This document shows positions 27,091 through 43,800 of a stretch of 64,000 nt of DNA, in pieces. Source of the DNA: the human T2T-CHM13v2.0 reference genome, Homo sapiens; assembly GCF_009914755.1 (NCBI RefSeq), contig NC_060942.1; one strand, 5' to 3'. The translations under genes and the position numbers were made by a program. Numbering within the stretch: position 1 is the first letter of the stretch; each line of letters begins with the position of its first letter. Below the pieces are notes generated by a model. The model saw only the letters and a list, made by a program, of their open reading frames with translations. It did not search any database and was not told the DNA's origin.

Positions 27091-27652
27091 TGCATCAGTT
27101 TTCTATGCTGTATCACATATTACCACAAAATTAGTGGCTTAAAATCGTACATATTTATTATGTTGCAATGTGTGTGAGGCAGGAGTCTGGACATAGCTGA
27201 GTCTTCTAATTAGGGTCTTCAATACCAGCTGGGCTGTGTTCTTATCAGGAGGTTTGACTGAAGAAGAATCTGCTTTCAAATTCACTTAGTACATTTACAG
27301 AATCCATTTCCTTGAGGCTGTGTGACTGAGAGCCTGGCTCCTTATTGGCTGTTGGCTACCTTCAGGTCTTAAAGCTTTTGGCTGTTCACTGCCACATGAT
27401 TCTCTCCATATGCAGTTAACGGCATGGTTGTTTGCATTTCAGGGTCAGCAGGAGAATGTCTCTCTCCAGTTTGTTAGGACATTCTTACACAGCATAAATA
27501 AATAAATCATGGGGGCAAGATCCTACCACATTTGCCATATTTACTGGGTAGAAGCAAGTCACAGGTCCTACTTGCATTTAAAGAGGGGTTATACAGGTAC
27601 CTGCACCAGAGGATGGAGAGCATGAAAGCATCTTAGAATTTTGCTTACCATG
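27091..27652 (-). mobile_element. MLT1D/E-like MaLR LTR
   Basis: ttttctatgctgt...taccacaaaattagtggcttaaaa...agaagcaagtcacaggtcc...atcttagaattttgcttacca. Confidence 0.8.
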
Positions 27653-27876
27653 GCACTAAGCCAAACCTAAGTAGCTTTGATTCCCATTGAAATAAGTTTT
27701 AATTTCTTTAAAATTGCATTTATGGTTTATATATTATATATTATATTATAAATGGCATAAAAATCCTGATCACATTGGAGTACACACTGCCAGTCCAAAA
27801 TTTGTCATAGTGAAGTATTTCCAGGTTTTCGCACCTCTAATGGTCAAGATATTATACAGCTACAAAATACCAAAAT

Positions 27877-27918
<42 letters not shown>
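27877..27918. repeat. (GA)n microsatellite
   Basis: Read directly from the sequence. Confidence 0.95.
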
Positions 27919-27920
<2 letters not shown>

Positions 27921-29336
27921 ACATAAGGGGTAAAAAATGCTGTTAAGAACAACTCTGTTTGCCAAAGTTTCCCACTGAAGTTGCCCACTTCAGCTTTCTA
28001 ACTTGATCTCCTCTCTCTTCAAGAATACAACTTTCTTTCCTCAATAACTTTCAAGCCAATTTAATATAGCTGTGTCAAGCTGTATACAACAAAGTTGCTG
28101 ATTTAAGAGAATTAATCCTCTAATTTGGAGAATTAAGAGCTTCTTAACTATCTCAATATGAATTTGTTTTTATTAAGTTAGGTTCATTTCGTAACTCTGC
28201 CACTGATATATACATGAGCAATACCTACCTCTCTTATCCCTCAAAACTCCAAACAGTCTTTACTTATATTAACCCCAATTAAAATCTGAGTAGTGCAATT
28301 TCAGGAAAATATGAAGGAAAGTTAAAGATGGGCTAACCAGGTCAGCAAAAAGGGAGACAAAGATTCATCAGGCAGGGCTCTTCTTGACCCATGTGGTTCC
28401 CCAAGTCACTCTCTCACTCTGTCCTGCTCAGCTGGAGTCAGGTACTATTTTTTTAAAAACTTATTTATTCCGTAAGAATTAATTTCCAGTACAGGTAAAA
28501 TTATACTAGGCTGTGTAATAAGAAAAAAGGAAATTCTCTTTCCTTTTCAATAAGTTTTTCTAAGAGTGTTCAGAGGAAAAAAAGTGAATTTCTGTCTAAA
28601 AAATTTTCCACTTTTATAATTCCAGAAAATTTATTTATTAATTATATAATTAATTTAGAAATACAGCTATATTTATAATTTAAAATTATATTGATATTTT
28701 CCTTTCATAGATTGGGTGAAGATAAACCTGAAATATGATACATTATAATATTTTTAGACTCCTCAGCCCCATTTTTTTTTACATGACCTGCTAGCAATAT
28801 TAACACCTGATTAACCACCTTCCAGGAAGTATTCTGCGTAGTCCAAGTTAATTTAGTTGTAATATTTGTTTAATTACAGCACTTAAATTTTATAGTTGGT
28901 TATGCAAAATGCATGCTTGTTTGATTTTAATTCAAAAGGAAAGAGAATATTTATCATGTAATTGACTTCTCTTGTAGTCATTGTGATTTTACAACAAGGA
29001 AACTGTGATGCAATTTTCCAGAAGGCTCAGTGGCTTAACTAGAAATTCTCTCCCATATTGCTTCTTAGAATAACTGAAATAAGGACTGTAGAAACATAAA
29101 TTACCAATTGTAATAGAATGCAATTAGTTATGTAATAGAGTTATATGAAGAAGACAATGGTAGTGTAGAGGAAGAATCAGCTCCCTCTGCCTGGGGGAAA
29201 TAGAAAGGCTTTTTTGAGAAGGCCAGGTTGTCCTTGTAAATTTTCTTGGAGGATACTACCAAGGCACAGGCACGTGGATGTGGCAGAATCAGGCATATTC
29301 CATGAGTAGGAAATGGTTCTGTGTGGAGGTAGAAAT

Positions 29337-29908
29337 TGTAGGGGCAAAGTGAGGACCTCCCTTTTGCCCTCTGAAGGTTTGCCAAAAAATCAACTGACAA
29401 AAGGCAGATTAATCGAAGAAAAGGCATACAAATTTATCAACGTGCACATGGTGGAGAAACACAGAGTGATTATCCCAAACTCTCACTGGGGTTCAGAGCT
29501 TATACACCATCTTGAGGTTACAGAAAGACTGGGGGCTTGGATCATGGTAAAACAGGTTTTGATGGCAAGACAGGTTATAGGGAGGGAAGAAGAAGGGGTC
29601 TGGCTAGCAAAGGCAGTCTTGTTATGTAGATGCAACTTCACAGAAAGCAGCCCTCAGAGAGAAGACATGGTAAATGTTTCTTTCAAACCTTTAAAGGTGT
29701 CAGACTCTCAGTTAATCTTTCTTAGATCTGGACAAGGGAAGGCCTCAGAGAAAACCTGGCTGCATTAATGCAAATTTTCTCATCAGTGCAAATCTTCCCC
29801 ACAAAAGTAGCTTTGCAGGGCTAATTCTGTTTTGTAGGCCCTCTGAACAACCACCTCAAAATAGGTCAGATAAGAATATTCTGAGGTGAAATATTTTTAT
29901 TTCCTTCA
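29337..29908 (-). mobile_element. MER34-like solo ERV1 LTR
   Basis: Reverse complement starts tgaaggaaataaaaatatttcacc; TSD aaat/aaac; sits within L2-like sequence. Confidence 0.82.
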
Positions 29909-30490
29909 AAACCAAGGGAGGTAGGGAACTTGCCAGGTTTGATACAGGTTGAGTCCAGCTTGTGGAAATCTTGAGTATCGTAGTACCATGAGTTTGTTTT
30001 TTAGCTGAAAGAGAAGGATGCCTTGAGGAACAAATGGAGGAATCAATAGGATAAGGTTAATTGAAGAACAAAATGTTTGAAGAGGTGTTATAGAGTCCTG
30101 GTTGTAAGAATGGAGGAGGTGAGGCATGAAGGAAACAAGAATGAATAGATAAAGATGAATTTTGAGCTGGAAAGGTGAGAGCTAGAATAAGATTATAATT
30201 TGGAAATTTGTTTATGTGCTCTATAGTAGCCCCTTATTAAAATGCAGATCCTTTTTAGGTGTAACAGAGAGCTCTTTTTGATTAATATGTTAGTAGGGAA
30301 TTCACTTAGCCACTGAGGGTGAGGCCCTTTGAGAATAGGGGATGGAACAGTAACTGGCCATCATCAGGGATGATAGAGAATGGGAGCCAAGGATGTGGCA
30401 TGGGGATGAGAGAGGGACCTGGGCCTAAAATCTGGAGGTCTGGAAAAGCCAAACGAAATCTCTTAAAAATGCTTTCAAGGGCTGGTTCTG

Positions 30491-30570
30491 TTAGATTGGT
30501 GCAAAAGTAACTGCAGCTTTTGCCCTTACTTTCAAATGCAAAAATCACAATTACTTTTGCACCAAACTAT
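30491..30570. mobile_element. MADE1 mariner MITE (80 bp)
   Basis: Near-palindromic ttagattggtgcaaaagtaa...ttacttttgcaccaaactat. Confidence 0.92.
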
Positions 30571-30738
30571 TAGTTCTTAAGATATAGCATTGCTTATGAT
30601 ACCAAGGGCTTAGACATCTCTAGACTAGTGTGTGGGTCCTTGTCTGCTCCTCTGAAGCATCAATGGCCCATTAAGCCCTGCTGAACCATAGGACGACAGT
30701 CAAGATGTTTGGGTACTGAGAGAGTTCAACTTGTCTGG

Positions 30739-31592
30739 TGATATGAGAAAATAATTTTTTTCTGAGGATTGTCAGTCCTTTTAAGTCACCAGACCAAGAG
30801 AGGATTTAAAATGAGGTAGCAATCATGTCCTACTCCCTTGCTTTTAAGCTGTAGAATCATCTCTGGAAACTGCTTGCTATTGCCACAAGTGGTTATAAAT
30901 TTAAATTTTTAAAATTTGTATTTTAATAGTTTTTGGGAAACAGGTGGTTTTTTGGTTACATGGATAAGTTCTTTAGTGGTGATTTCTAAGATTTTGGTAC
31001 CCCCATCATCTGAGCAGTTTACACTGTACCTAATGTGTAGTCTTTAGGCTGTCACCTCTCTCCCACCCCTGAGTTCCCAAAGTTCATTATATCGTTTTTA
31101 TGCCTTTGTGTTCTCATAGCTTAGCTTCCACTTATAAGTGAGAATATATGATATTTGGTTTTCCATTCCTGAATTACTTCACTCAGAATAATGGTCTCCA
31201 ACTCCATCCAGGTTGCTGCAAATGCCATCATTTCATTCTTTTTATGGCTGATTAGTGTTCCATGGTGTTATACATATATACCACATTTTCTTTATCCACA
31301 AGTGGTTATAAATTAACCTAATAAGGCCACATTAGACATTCTAACTCACACCCTATAGCTTAACAATGTATAGTCAATCAGTAGTTTATGTTATATTAAT
31401 GTGAATTATTGGTAAACAACTTAGGAACTGCCTCTTCTTTCCCTTTAAAAGTCCACTTGTAATTGTTACTAATTGCAGTGTATATTCAGGGAAACTTGAA
31501 TCTATATATCCACATTGCAATCCTCAAGCTAGGCCCAAATAAACTCTCTACTTACATTAGTTTTGCCTCGACTTCTTCCTTTTAGATCTGCA
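30739..31592 (+). mobile_element. Solo ERV1-class LTR interrupted by an L1PB
   Basis: TG...CA ends; aataaa at ~31538; TSD ctgg/ccag; sequence is continuous across the L1 TSD. Confidence 0.7.
30902..31295 (-). mobile_element. 5'-truncated L1PB1/2-like
   Basis: ggaaacaggtggttttttggttacatggataagttctttagtggtgatttct; perfect 19-bp TSD ccacaagtggttataaatt (30883-30901 and 31296-31314). Confidence 0.92.
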
Positions 31593-32712
31593 CCAGCTTG
31601 CCTTAACTGTGATTTCCACTGATACTGGGCCTTTGCAGGGTTATACTGTGATTGGGAAAGCTGTTATACACATATTTTGGGGGTTTTAATACAGCTTGCG
31701 TCATGACAGAACTATGAGCAAACGGGACTTAAATGACTCCAAATGCCCTCTACATCATATTGTGAATTCCTGGGATTTCATAAAAAAATAGAAAAATACT
31801 CATCAACTAAACTCTAGGTGTTGCTTGGTGTTGAGGGAGGAGGGTACAAGTTAGTACCAATAGAGTAAGTGTGATTAATTTTCAAGTGCTCTACTTTTGC
31901 CAGAAGGTCTGACTTGGTATTCTAGTTTTGTCAGTTGCTGCTTTCTAATTTTTTTTTTGAAGTAGTGAGAACTGAATAAGATATTGTTTCTGAAAAACCT
32001 TTGTAAACATCAAAGAGTTGTACATGCATAATACATTTTAGTAATACTGCTTTTGTTTGAGACACTCAAATATCACGTGCCACATATAACACATGTGTGT
32101 GAGAAATTGTCAGTCTCAGACTTAAATACAAACAATTCATATTCCACATATTCCATATTTTAAAAATCAAGGTTATTTTTATTACAAAAGTAATGCCTGC
32201 TTATTATAGAGTTTACCACATAAAAAGTAGAGAAAAAAGTTGATTGTCTATCACTCAAAGCTAGCACATTTGAATGTTTTTCTTGAGAGATTTCCTGTGA
32301 AAATGTGTAGTTTGTTTTATGTAGTTGTAATTATACTTTATAAGTTTTGAGTCCTGACTTTTTCATTTGACAGTGTAATATAAGGATATTCTCATGTTAT
32401 TTTAACCTTAAGGAAATATTATTTTTAGTGATTTCATAAATTTCAACCATTGGATATGTCATAGTTTGCTCATGAGTCTTATAAGAAATTTAACAGTCTG
32501 TGATTTTTGCCATTATAATTCGCTCCTATGGTAGCATATCTTAAGTTATTCTTATGTTAGGTTATATCTGACTTTACAAGTACAAAACTCCAGAATGAGG
32601 TGGGTAACTATGGGAAGGGTAAAAAAAATGAGGCTAAATACAAATACTTTCGTTCTTGTTGTCTTGACAACAGAAGAGAAGACTTTCTTTTATTAAATGG
32701 AATTATCGAGAT

Positions 32713-32928
32713 CAAAGGTGGACAAACTAGGCCTGTAAAGAGGCAGATAGTAAACATTTTAGGCTTTGTAGGCCATGTAACCCATTTCTCAATTACTTAC
32801 CTTTGCTTATAGTGTGGAAGCAAACAATATGTAAATGAATGAGTGTGACTGTGATCCAATACAATTTTATTTACAAAAATACAGGTTGGGCTGAATTTGG
32901 TCCCTGGGCAGTGGTGTGCTGACCCCTG
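32713..32928. mobile_element. MER58A hAT-Charlie MITE
   Basis: ctgtaaagaggcagatagtaaacattttaggctttg...ttttatttacaaaaatacagg...gctgacccctg. Confidence 0.85.
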
Positions 32929-33166
32929 CTTGAAATTATGATTTCAATTATGTACATTTTGAGTGTGCTATATACTTTAAAATGTGAATTTCAAGCTGAA
33001 AAATGTATTGTTTAAAGCATAACTAGAGTAAGGTCCTTGGAGTGATGGGGCTTGTCAGGTATTCTCCCTAGAGGAGTGCACATTCAGGTAGGGACAGTCT
33101 TCACATATTTATTCCATGTAACAAATACGTAGCTCTTTGTATATGCCAGGTACAGTTCTCGGTGCT

Positions 33167-33584
33167 TGTATTAGTCTGTTTTTGCACTGCTCCAAAGAAA
33201 TACCTAGGACTGAGTAATTTATAAGGAAAAGAGGCTTAATTGGCTCATGTTTTCGCAGGCTGTACAGGAAGCATGGCACCATCAGCTCGGCTTCTGGGGA
33301 GGCCTCAGGAAACTTATAATCATGAGGGAAGAAGGAAAAGCGGGAGTCAGTACTTCACATGGCAAGAGCAGAAAGAACAGAAAGAGGGGCAGGCACTACA
33401 CACATACTTTTAAACAACCAGATCTTGTGAGAAGTCTACCATGAGAACAGCATGAGGGGAATGATGTTAAAACATGAGAAACTGCTCCCATGATCCAAGC
33501 ACCTCCCACCAGACCCCACTTCCAGCACTGTGGATTACATTTCAACAAGAGATTTGGGTAGGGACACAGATCCAAATCATATCA
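33167..33584 (-). mobile_element. MSTA-like MaLR solo LTR
   Basis: tgtattagtctgtttttgcactgct...gggacacagatccaaatcatatca; TSD gtgct/gtact. Confidence 0.9.
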
Positions 33585-34037
33585 GTACTTTAAGTATATT
33601 TATTCAATGAAGCTTGCGTAACACTGCTGAATTTGGTTAGTATCAGGTTACTTATTTACTCTTTTTGATTCCTTGAAGATCTTTCCTCCTCTGCTTCAAT
33701 ACTCCAGTGAATTTGAGTTCTGATTATCCAAACTTACTATTAGGAAAGAACCACATATGTCATTTACACTAGATGTTGTGGTAATGAACATCAGGAAATA
33801 GTATCTCTTGGCATGCTTTCTCACTAATGAGATTTGAAACAATCTCTCTTTGTCCCTAATTCTAATTTACAAAATGGGGACTGTGGTTAGACGGATGGTT
33901 TTTACAGCTCACTGTAGATCAGAATTGAAAAAGCATTTAAAAATATCTCTATTTAAAAAAATCTCTTACTAAGTGATTACTAGGTGCTTGGTAAGCTTAG
34001 TGCTTACTATGCTTGTTAGATTCTTATGAAGCCAGCC

Positions 34038-34205
34038 CAGTGGTCCTCAATCTTGCTGCACATTACACTCACCTGAGAAGTTTTACAGACACTGATACCT
34101 CAGTCAAACCCTTAGAGATTCTAATTTCATTGGTCTAAGATATAGTCTGGGCATCAGGATTTTTATAAAGTTACACATGATTCTATTGTGCGGCTGCTGA
34201 ACTAG
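34038..34205. mobile_element. MER5-family MITE
   Basis: cagtggtcctcaa...agagattctaatttcattggtct...ctgggcatcaggattttt. Confidence 0.75.
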
Positions 34206-35149
34206 TCTGAACTTAATCATCTGATTTGTGTTTGCGAATGGGTTTGGAAGAATTTCAACATATTTTCTTTTCCCCATTATGAAGAGTCCAGGACTTTATA
34301 TTATTAACCCAATATAATATAAAAGAATATGGTACTTGGGTTATTATAACCATGTTTATCCAAGGTTATGTTCAAGTTACTGTTTCTTTGGAGTATACCA
34401 AACTTATCTAAATGATTTTGAGAGTGCTGTATTACTGCTCAAGGCCTTAATAAATTGTTTGTAGAATATTTGAAGTGTAACACAAACTATAATTTAAGTC
34501 AAGATGTCCTCATGGAAATCAAAATGTACATGTAGCATGTTGAATAACTGTATTTTTAGATCACTTCAAGTAAAGTCCTGAGACCATGTTGAAGAGCAGA
34601 GTCTGTTGCTAGTTGTTTAAAATTAAATTCAATTAGAAGACCTGGATTTCGCATTGGAGGCTGGAAGATTCAATGATCAATCCATCAAAAAACTAATTTA
34701 TATCTTACATTGATGTATAAAAGGTACCATACTCTTGGCTTTGGAGGATACCAAACTGAGGAAAATATAATCTCTGATTTTGAGTAATTTGTAATCTTAA
34801 TAATAAAACTTAAACAGAGAACAGGATAATAACTGCCAATTTGTAACTGCTATATGAATTCAGAACAGCAAAGCTGGTAGGTGGACAAAGGGTAATTAGA
34901 GTGGCTTTCAAAGTGAGACCTGTAGGCTACTTGCATAAGAATACTTTATACATGGTAGCATGAATATATATTCATGGATTCCTGGCATTCTCATCCAGGA
35001 CTACTCAATTAGTCTCTGGGACAGGGAATGAAAATCTGCCCTTTAAACAGATTCTTCAAGTATTTATTATATATACTCAGCTTGAGTACAATAGATATAG
35101 TGGGTACAATATGAGCCAGGCCTTAAAAGATGGTTTGGAGCTATGTAAT

Positions 35150-35240
35150 TATTATAGCAGTTAACATTTGTTAAATCCTAGACACTTTCTAATATTATAC
35201 ATGTATTATGTCATTTAATCCCCATAAAAATGTTAGGCAC
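35150..35240 (-). mobile_element. MIR fragment cut off by the L1
   Basis: ttaacatttgtt...tacatgtattatgtcatttaatccccataa; no continuation after the L1. Confidence 0.55.
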
Positions 35241-35469
35241 TTTATTTTTTATTATAGACTCAGAGGGTACATATGCGGATTTTGCAGGTTTGTTACCTGG
35301 GTGTAATGTGTGATGCTGGGGTTTGGGTTTCTGGTGAACCCATCACCCAAATAGTGAACACAGTATGCAATAGATAGATAGTTTTTCAACCCTCACTCCA
35401 CTCTCTCCCTCCCTACTTTTGGAATCTCCAGTACTTATTCCCATCTTTATGTCCATATGTATCCATTGT

Positions 35470-39603
<4,134 letters not shown>

Positions 39604-39666
39604 TATGATGCTAGCTAGTTATTTTGCCCATTAATTGATGCAGTTTCTTCATATCATTGATGGTCT

Positions 39667-40681
39667 TTACAGTTTGGGATGTTTTTGCAGTGGCTGGTAC
39701 CAGTTGTTTCTTTCCATGTTTAGTGCTTCCTTCAGGATCTCTTGTAAGGCAGGCCTGGTGGTGACAAAATCTCTTGGCATTTGCTTGTCTGTAAAGGATT
39801 TTATTTCTTCTTCATTTATAAAGCTTGGTTTGGCTGGATATGAAATTCTACATTGAAAATTCTTTTCTTTAAGAATGTTGAATATTGGTCCCCACTCTCT
39901 TCTGGATTGTAGGATTTCTGTCAACAGATCCGCTGTTAGTCTGATGGGCTTCCCTTTGTGGGTAACCTGACCTTTCTCTCTGGCTGCCCTTAACATTTTT
40001 TCTTTCATTTCAACCTTGGTGAATCTGACAATTATGTGTCTTGGGATTGCTCTTCTCAAGGAGTATCTTTGTGGTGTTTTCTGTATTTCCTGAATTTGAA
40101 TGTTGGCCTGCCTTGCTAGGTTGGGGAAGTTCTCCTGGATGATATCTTGCAGAGTGTTTTCCAATTTGGTTCCATTCTCCCCATCACTTTCAGGTACACT
40201 AATCAAATGTAGATTTGGTCTTTTCACATAGTCTCATATTTATTGGAGGCTTTGTTTGTTTGTTTTTACTCTTTTTTCTCTAAACTTGTCTTCTCACTTT
40301 ATTTCATTAATTTGATCTTCAATCACTGATACCCTTTCTTCCACTTGATTGATTCAGCTACTGAAGCTTGTGCATGCATCACGAAGGTCTCGTGTCATGG
40401 TTTTCAGCTCCTTCAGGTCATTTAAGGTCTTCTCTACACTGTTTATTCTAGTTAGCCATTCGTCTAACCTTTTTTCAAGGTTTTTAGCTTCCTTGTGATG
40501 GGTGAGAATATGCTCCTTTAGCTCGGAGGAGTTTGTTATTCCCGACCTTCTGAAGCCTACTTCTGTCAACTCGTCAAAGTCATTCTCCATCCTTTGCTGG
40601 TGAGGAGCTGCAATCCTTTGGAGGAGAAGAGGCGCTCTAGTTTTTAGAATTTTCAGCTTTTCTGCTCTGGTTTTTCCCCAT
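39667..40681 (-). pseudogene. ORF1: Disrupted L1 ORF1 (RNA-binding protein)
   Basis: ATG GGG AAA AAC CAG at 40681; fragments MENDFDEL... and KRPNLHLI...ENFPNLARQANIQIQEIQ...YQPLQKH. Confidence 0.92.
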
Positions 40682-41702
40682 CTTTGTGGTTTTATCTACC
40701 TTTGGTGTTTGATGTCAGTGACCTACAGATGGGGTTTTGGTGTAGATATCCTGATGCTATTCCTTTCCATTTGTTAGTTTTCCTTCTAACAGTCAGGTCC
40801 CTCAGCTGCAGGTCTGTTGGAGTTTGCTGGAGGTCCACTCCAGACCCTGTTTGTGTGGGTATCACCAGCTGAGGCTGCAGAACAGCCAATATTGTAGAAC
40901 AGCAAACATTGCTGCCTGATCCTTCCTCTGGAAGCTTCATCCCAGAGCATCACCTGCCTGTGTGAGGTGTCTACTGGCCCCTACTTGGAGGTGTCTCCCA
41001 GTTAGGCTATACAGGGGTCAGGGACCCACTTTAGGAGGCAGTCTGTCCGTTCTCAGAGCTCAAACGCTGTGCTAGGAGAACCACTACTCTCTTCAGAGCT
41101 GTCAGACATGGACTTTTAAGTCTGCAGAAGTTGCTTGTTGCCTTTTGTTCAGCTATATCCTGCCCACAGAGGTGGAGTCTAAAGAGGCAGTAGGCCTTGC
41201 TGAGCTGCAGTGGGCTCAGCCCAGTTTGAGCTTCCTGGCCCTTTGTCTACCTACTCAAGCCTCAGCAATGGTGGACGCCCCTCCCCCAGCCAGGCTGCCA
41301 CCTCGCAGTTCAATCTCAGACTGCTGCGCTAGCAGTGAGCAAGGCTCTGTGGGTGTGGGACCCACCGAGCCAGGCATGGGAGAGAATTTCCTTGTCTGCC
41401 AGTTGCTAAGACCTTGGGAAAAGCACGGTATTTGGGCAGACGTGACCCGTTTTTCCAGGTACAGTCTGTTACAGCTTCCCTTGGCTAGGAAAGGGAAATC
41501 CCCTGACCCCTTATGCTTCCCAGGTGAGGTGACATCCTGCCCTGCTTTGGCTTGTCCTCTGTGGGCTGCACCCACTGTCCAACCAGTCCCATTGAGATGA
41601 ACCAGGTACCTCAGTTGGAAATGCAGAAATCACCCGTCTTCTGCATTGATCACGCTGGGAGCTGCAGACCGGAGCTGTTCCTATTCAGCCATCTTGGAAC
41701 CC
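40682..41702. promoter_or_regulatory. L1 5' UTR: sense promoter (minus strand) and antisense promoter (plus strand)
   Basis: L1PA 5' UTR sequence including the YY1 site; most CpGs have decayed; activity unknown. Confidence 0.6.
41268..41600 (+). CDS. ORF0: Open L1 ORF0-like antisense frame (110 aa); expression unproven
   Basis: MVDAPPPARLPPRSSISDCCASSEQGSVGVGPTEPG...VTRFSR resembles primate L1 ORF0; start context gcaATGg. Confidence 0.45.
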   Translation: MVDAPPPARLPPRSSISDCCASSEQGSVGVGPTEPGMGENFLVCQLLRPWEKHGIWADVTRFSRYSLLQLPLARKGKSPDPLCFPGEVTSCPALACPLWAAPTVQPVPLR

Positions 41703-42368
41703 AACTTGAGGATGATGTTCTTGAGGAATGCATTCAAGCCTTCCTCCACTGCTATTTGTAATATGCTGACACATGCTTCTCCCCAGAGCTATTCTATGTG
41801 CATGTAGTTTCTCTGTAGGTCCTGGTATACTTGCTTCAGTCATGTTGTGAGTTGGAGTCCATCTGTCTTGCTTCATGCACAAGCATGGGTACCCATGGGT
41901 GGGATGGCCTTTGGGCTCTAGGTTTGGGTCTTCATTTCAATAAGTGTAACTTCTACTCATGCATCATGGTCTGACAAATGAAGGTGAGCAGTAAGCTCAG
42001 GATATGATAATTGAGTCCATTTTTTAAAAAGTTGAATGTGATAAGTATACAGAAAATGTCATAACCTTCTGAGTGTAGGCTACGCTGGCTTCTCTTATCA
42101 GATGCACTGTTTTGGAAACATAAATCCCAGGCTCGCAGCTGAACTAACAATACCAAAAAAGACTTTTGATCTCTGCCACTTTACACGTCCACAGTTGTTA
42201 ATAAAACTTCTCTACCTCTTTCAGCTTCACTTATAAAAATGGACATTGTGAACTATTTGAACTCTAAAATTTCTGTTTTGCATGTTTAATATTCTAAAAC
42301 AAAGAGGTTGGAATCTGCACAGTTACCTGGTAAAATTAGAATAAATCTCTATCCAACAACTTCATCAC

Positions 42369-42522
42369 TATGGTGATCATATACCCTGATTTGCCAAGGC
42401 GGTTCTGATGGATGTCTCTTGTGCTGGTATGGTTATTAGCACTGTAACAGTAAAGGGGTATAGTAACCCCTTTACTCTCCAAGAGGTCTTCAGTTTAAAT
42501 GATAATTTACATGGTCATCCTA
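42369..42522 (-). mobile_element. MER94-like hAT MITE
   Basis: Terminal inverted repeats tatggtgatcatat / acatggtcatccta; related to the copy at ~54140. Confidence 0.7.
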
Positions 42523-43079
42523 TAGATAACACCTATTGTCCCTAGTCAGACTCTTTGTATTCCTCATGAATGTTTTCTAAATAAGGGCAAGTTTTGGATT
42601 CACTGCTGAGTCCTGTGTCCTATTAGGTTCCCTTTTCCTTCTGGCCCTGACAGGTGATAAATAAATAAAACAAATGGCCTCTTGGGAGCTGTTGTCAACT
42701 TTGCTCCTATCCAGCCCCAATTTGAGGTGTTTTTTGTTCCTGTTCCCATCACTCAGGCCTTGAAGGCTGATAGATTTCTGATTTCTTCCTTGAAACATGA
42801 CATGATGAATAAGGCTGCATGCTTTACTGCACAGTCCAAGAAAGAGAACTATAAAAAGTGATTGTCCTATACAATGGGAAATTATTTAACAGGGTTGGCC
42901 TTTTGCATGGGGAAAAGTAGGGGCATGATTTCAGAGCTCAGAAAAATGTTCTTCTCCAACAACAGCTCTGGGGAATGAACAGTCTTAAAATTTTCTTGAA
43001 CTAATGTCAAAACATTTATCTGCAATGAGAGAACTGGTTTAAATTGTATACAATTTTGGGAGAGTAAATTTCATGACAT

Positions 43080-43235
43080 TCAAACTGTTATTTTACCCCC
43101 AGCAACCTGGGTCCCATAAAGAGAAATAGAGTGTTCATATCTCAGGAAGTGAGATGCCAGTTCTTCTGTGCTCTGCATTTGTTTGGCACACAATATCTAA
43201 AGTAGTGTGATCAATTTTAGGTGTCTCATTATCTA
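43080..43235 (+). mobile_element. L3/CR1 relic
   Basis: agaaatagagtgttc...caggaagtga...ctctgcatttgtt...agtagtgtgatcaattttagg. Confidence 0.45.
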
Positions 43236-43599
43236 CAAATACTAAAAATGTCCAGCACCATTTTTTTTTTTACTTTTTACAATATCATCCCTGTGTCTAG
43301 GTGTGTTTATTTTTGTTTTCTAATTTTTATTAATCAGATTGCTTTTCTGTCATCACCTGATGTATATCAGCATAATGAGGACCAGGAAGTTGGAGTTCTG
43401 GAGAGGCAGTGTGGGAGATCAGAGAAAGGACAAGGATATTAGTTTGAAACTTGAAACCTTCAAAGAGAGTTGCCTTAGTTAAAATGCTCTAGTGATATAA
43501 TTGAGTGGCCTGGGGACAACAAGAGCTACTGCCCAGAATTTCTTACTGCCTCATCTGTGCTTTAGTGTCTGTCCACTTTCCTCTCTATTGCCGCTACCT

Positions 43600-43800
43600 C
43601 AGTGATAAATTTATTGAGCATTTTACATGTAATAACTTATTTAATTCTCATAAAAACCCTGGGAGGGAAATTCTATTAATATTGCTATTTTATAAATTGT
43701 GAACTTGAAGCTTGGACAGGTGAAGCAACTTGCCCAAGATCTATGTTACAGCTTGTATGCAGGAGAGTCAGGATTCCAGCTCACACATACATTCCAAGCC
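43600..43800 (-). mobile_element. MIR SINE
   Basis: atttattgagc...ttatttaattctcata...aggtgaagcaacttgcccaagat. Confidence 0.75.

Noticed and set aside
29313-29768. 151-aa plus-strand ORF
   Set aside because: Lies antisense within the MER34-like LTR; no protein resemblance
30491-30570. Long hairpin resembling a pre-miRNA
   Set aside because: Explained by the MADE1 terminal inverted repeats; no expression evidence
41884-41897. 14-bp perfect palindrome catgggtacccatg
   Set aside because: Several palindromes of this length are expected by chance in 64 kb
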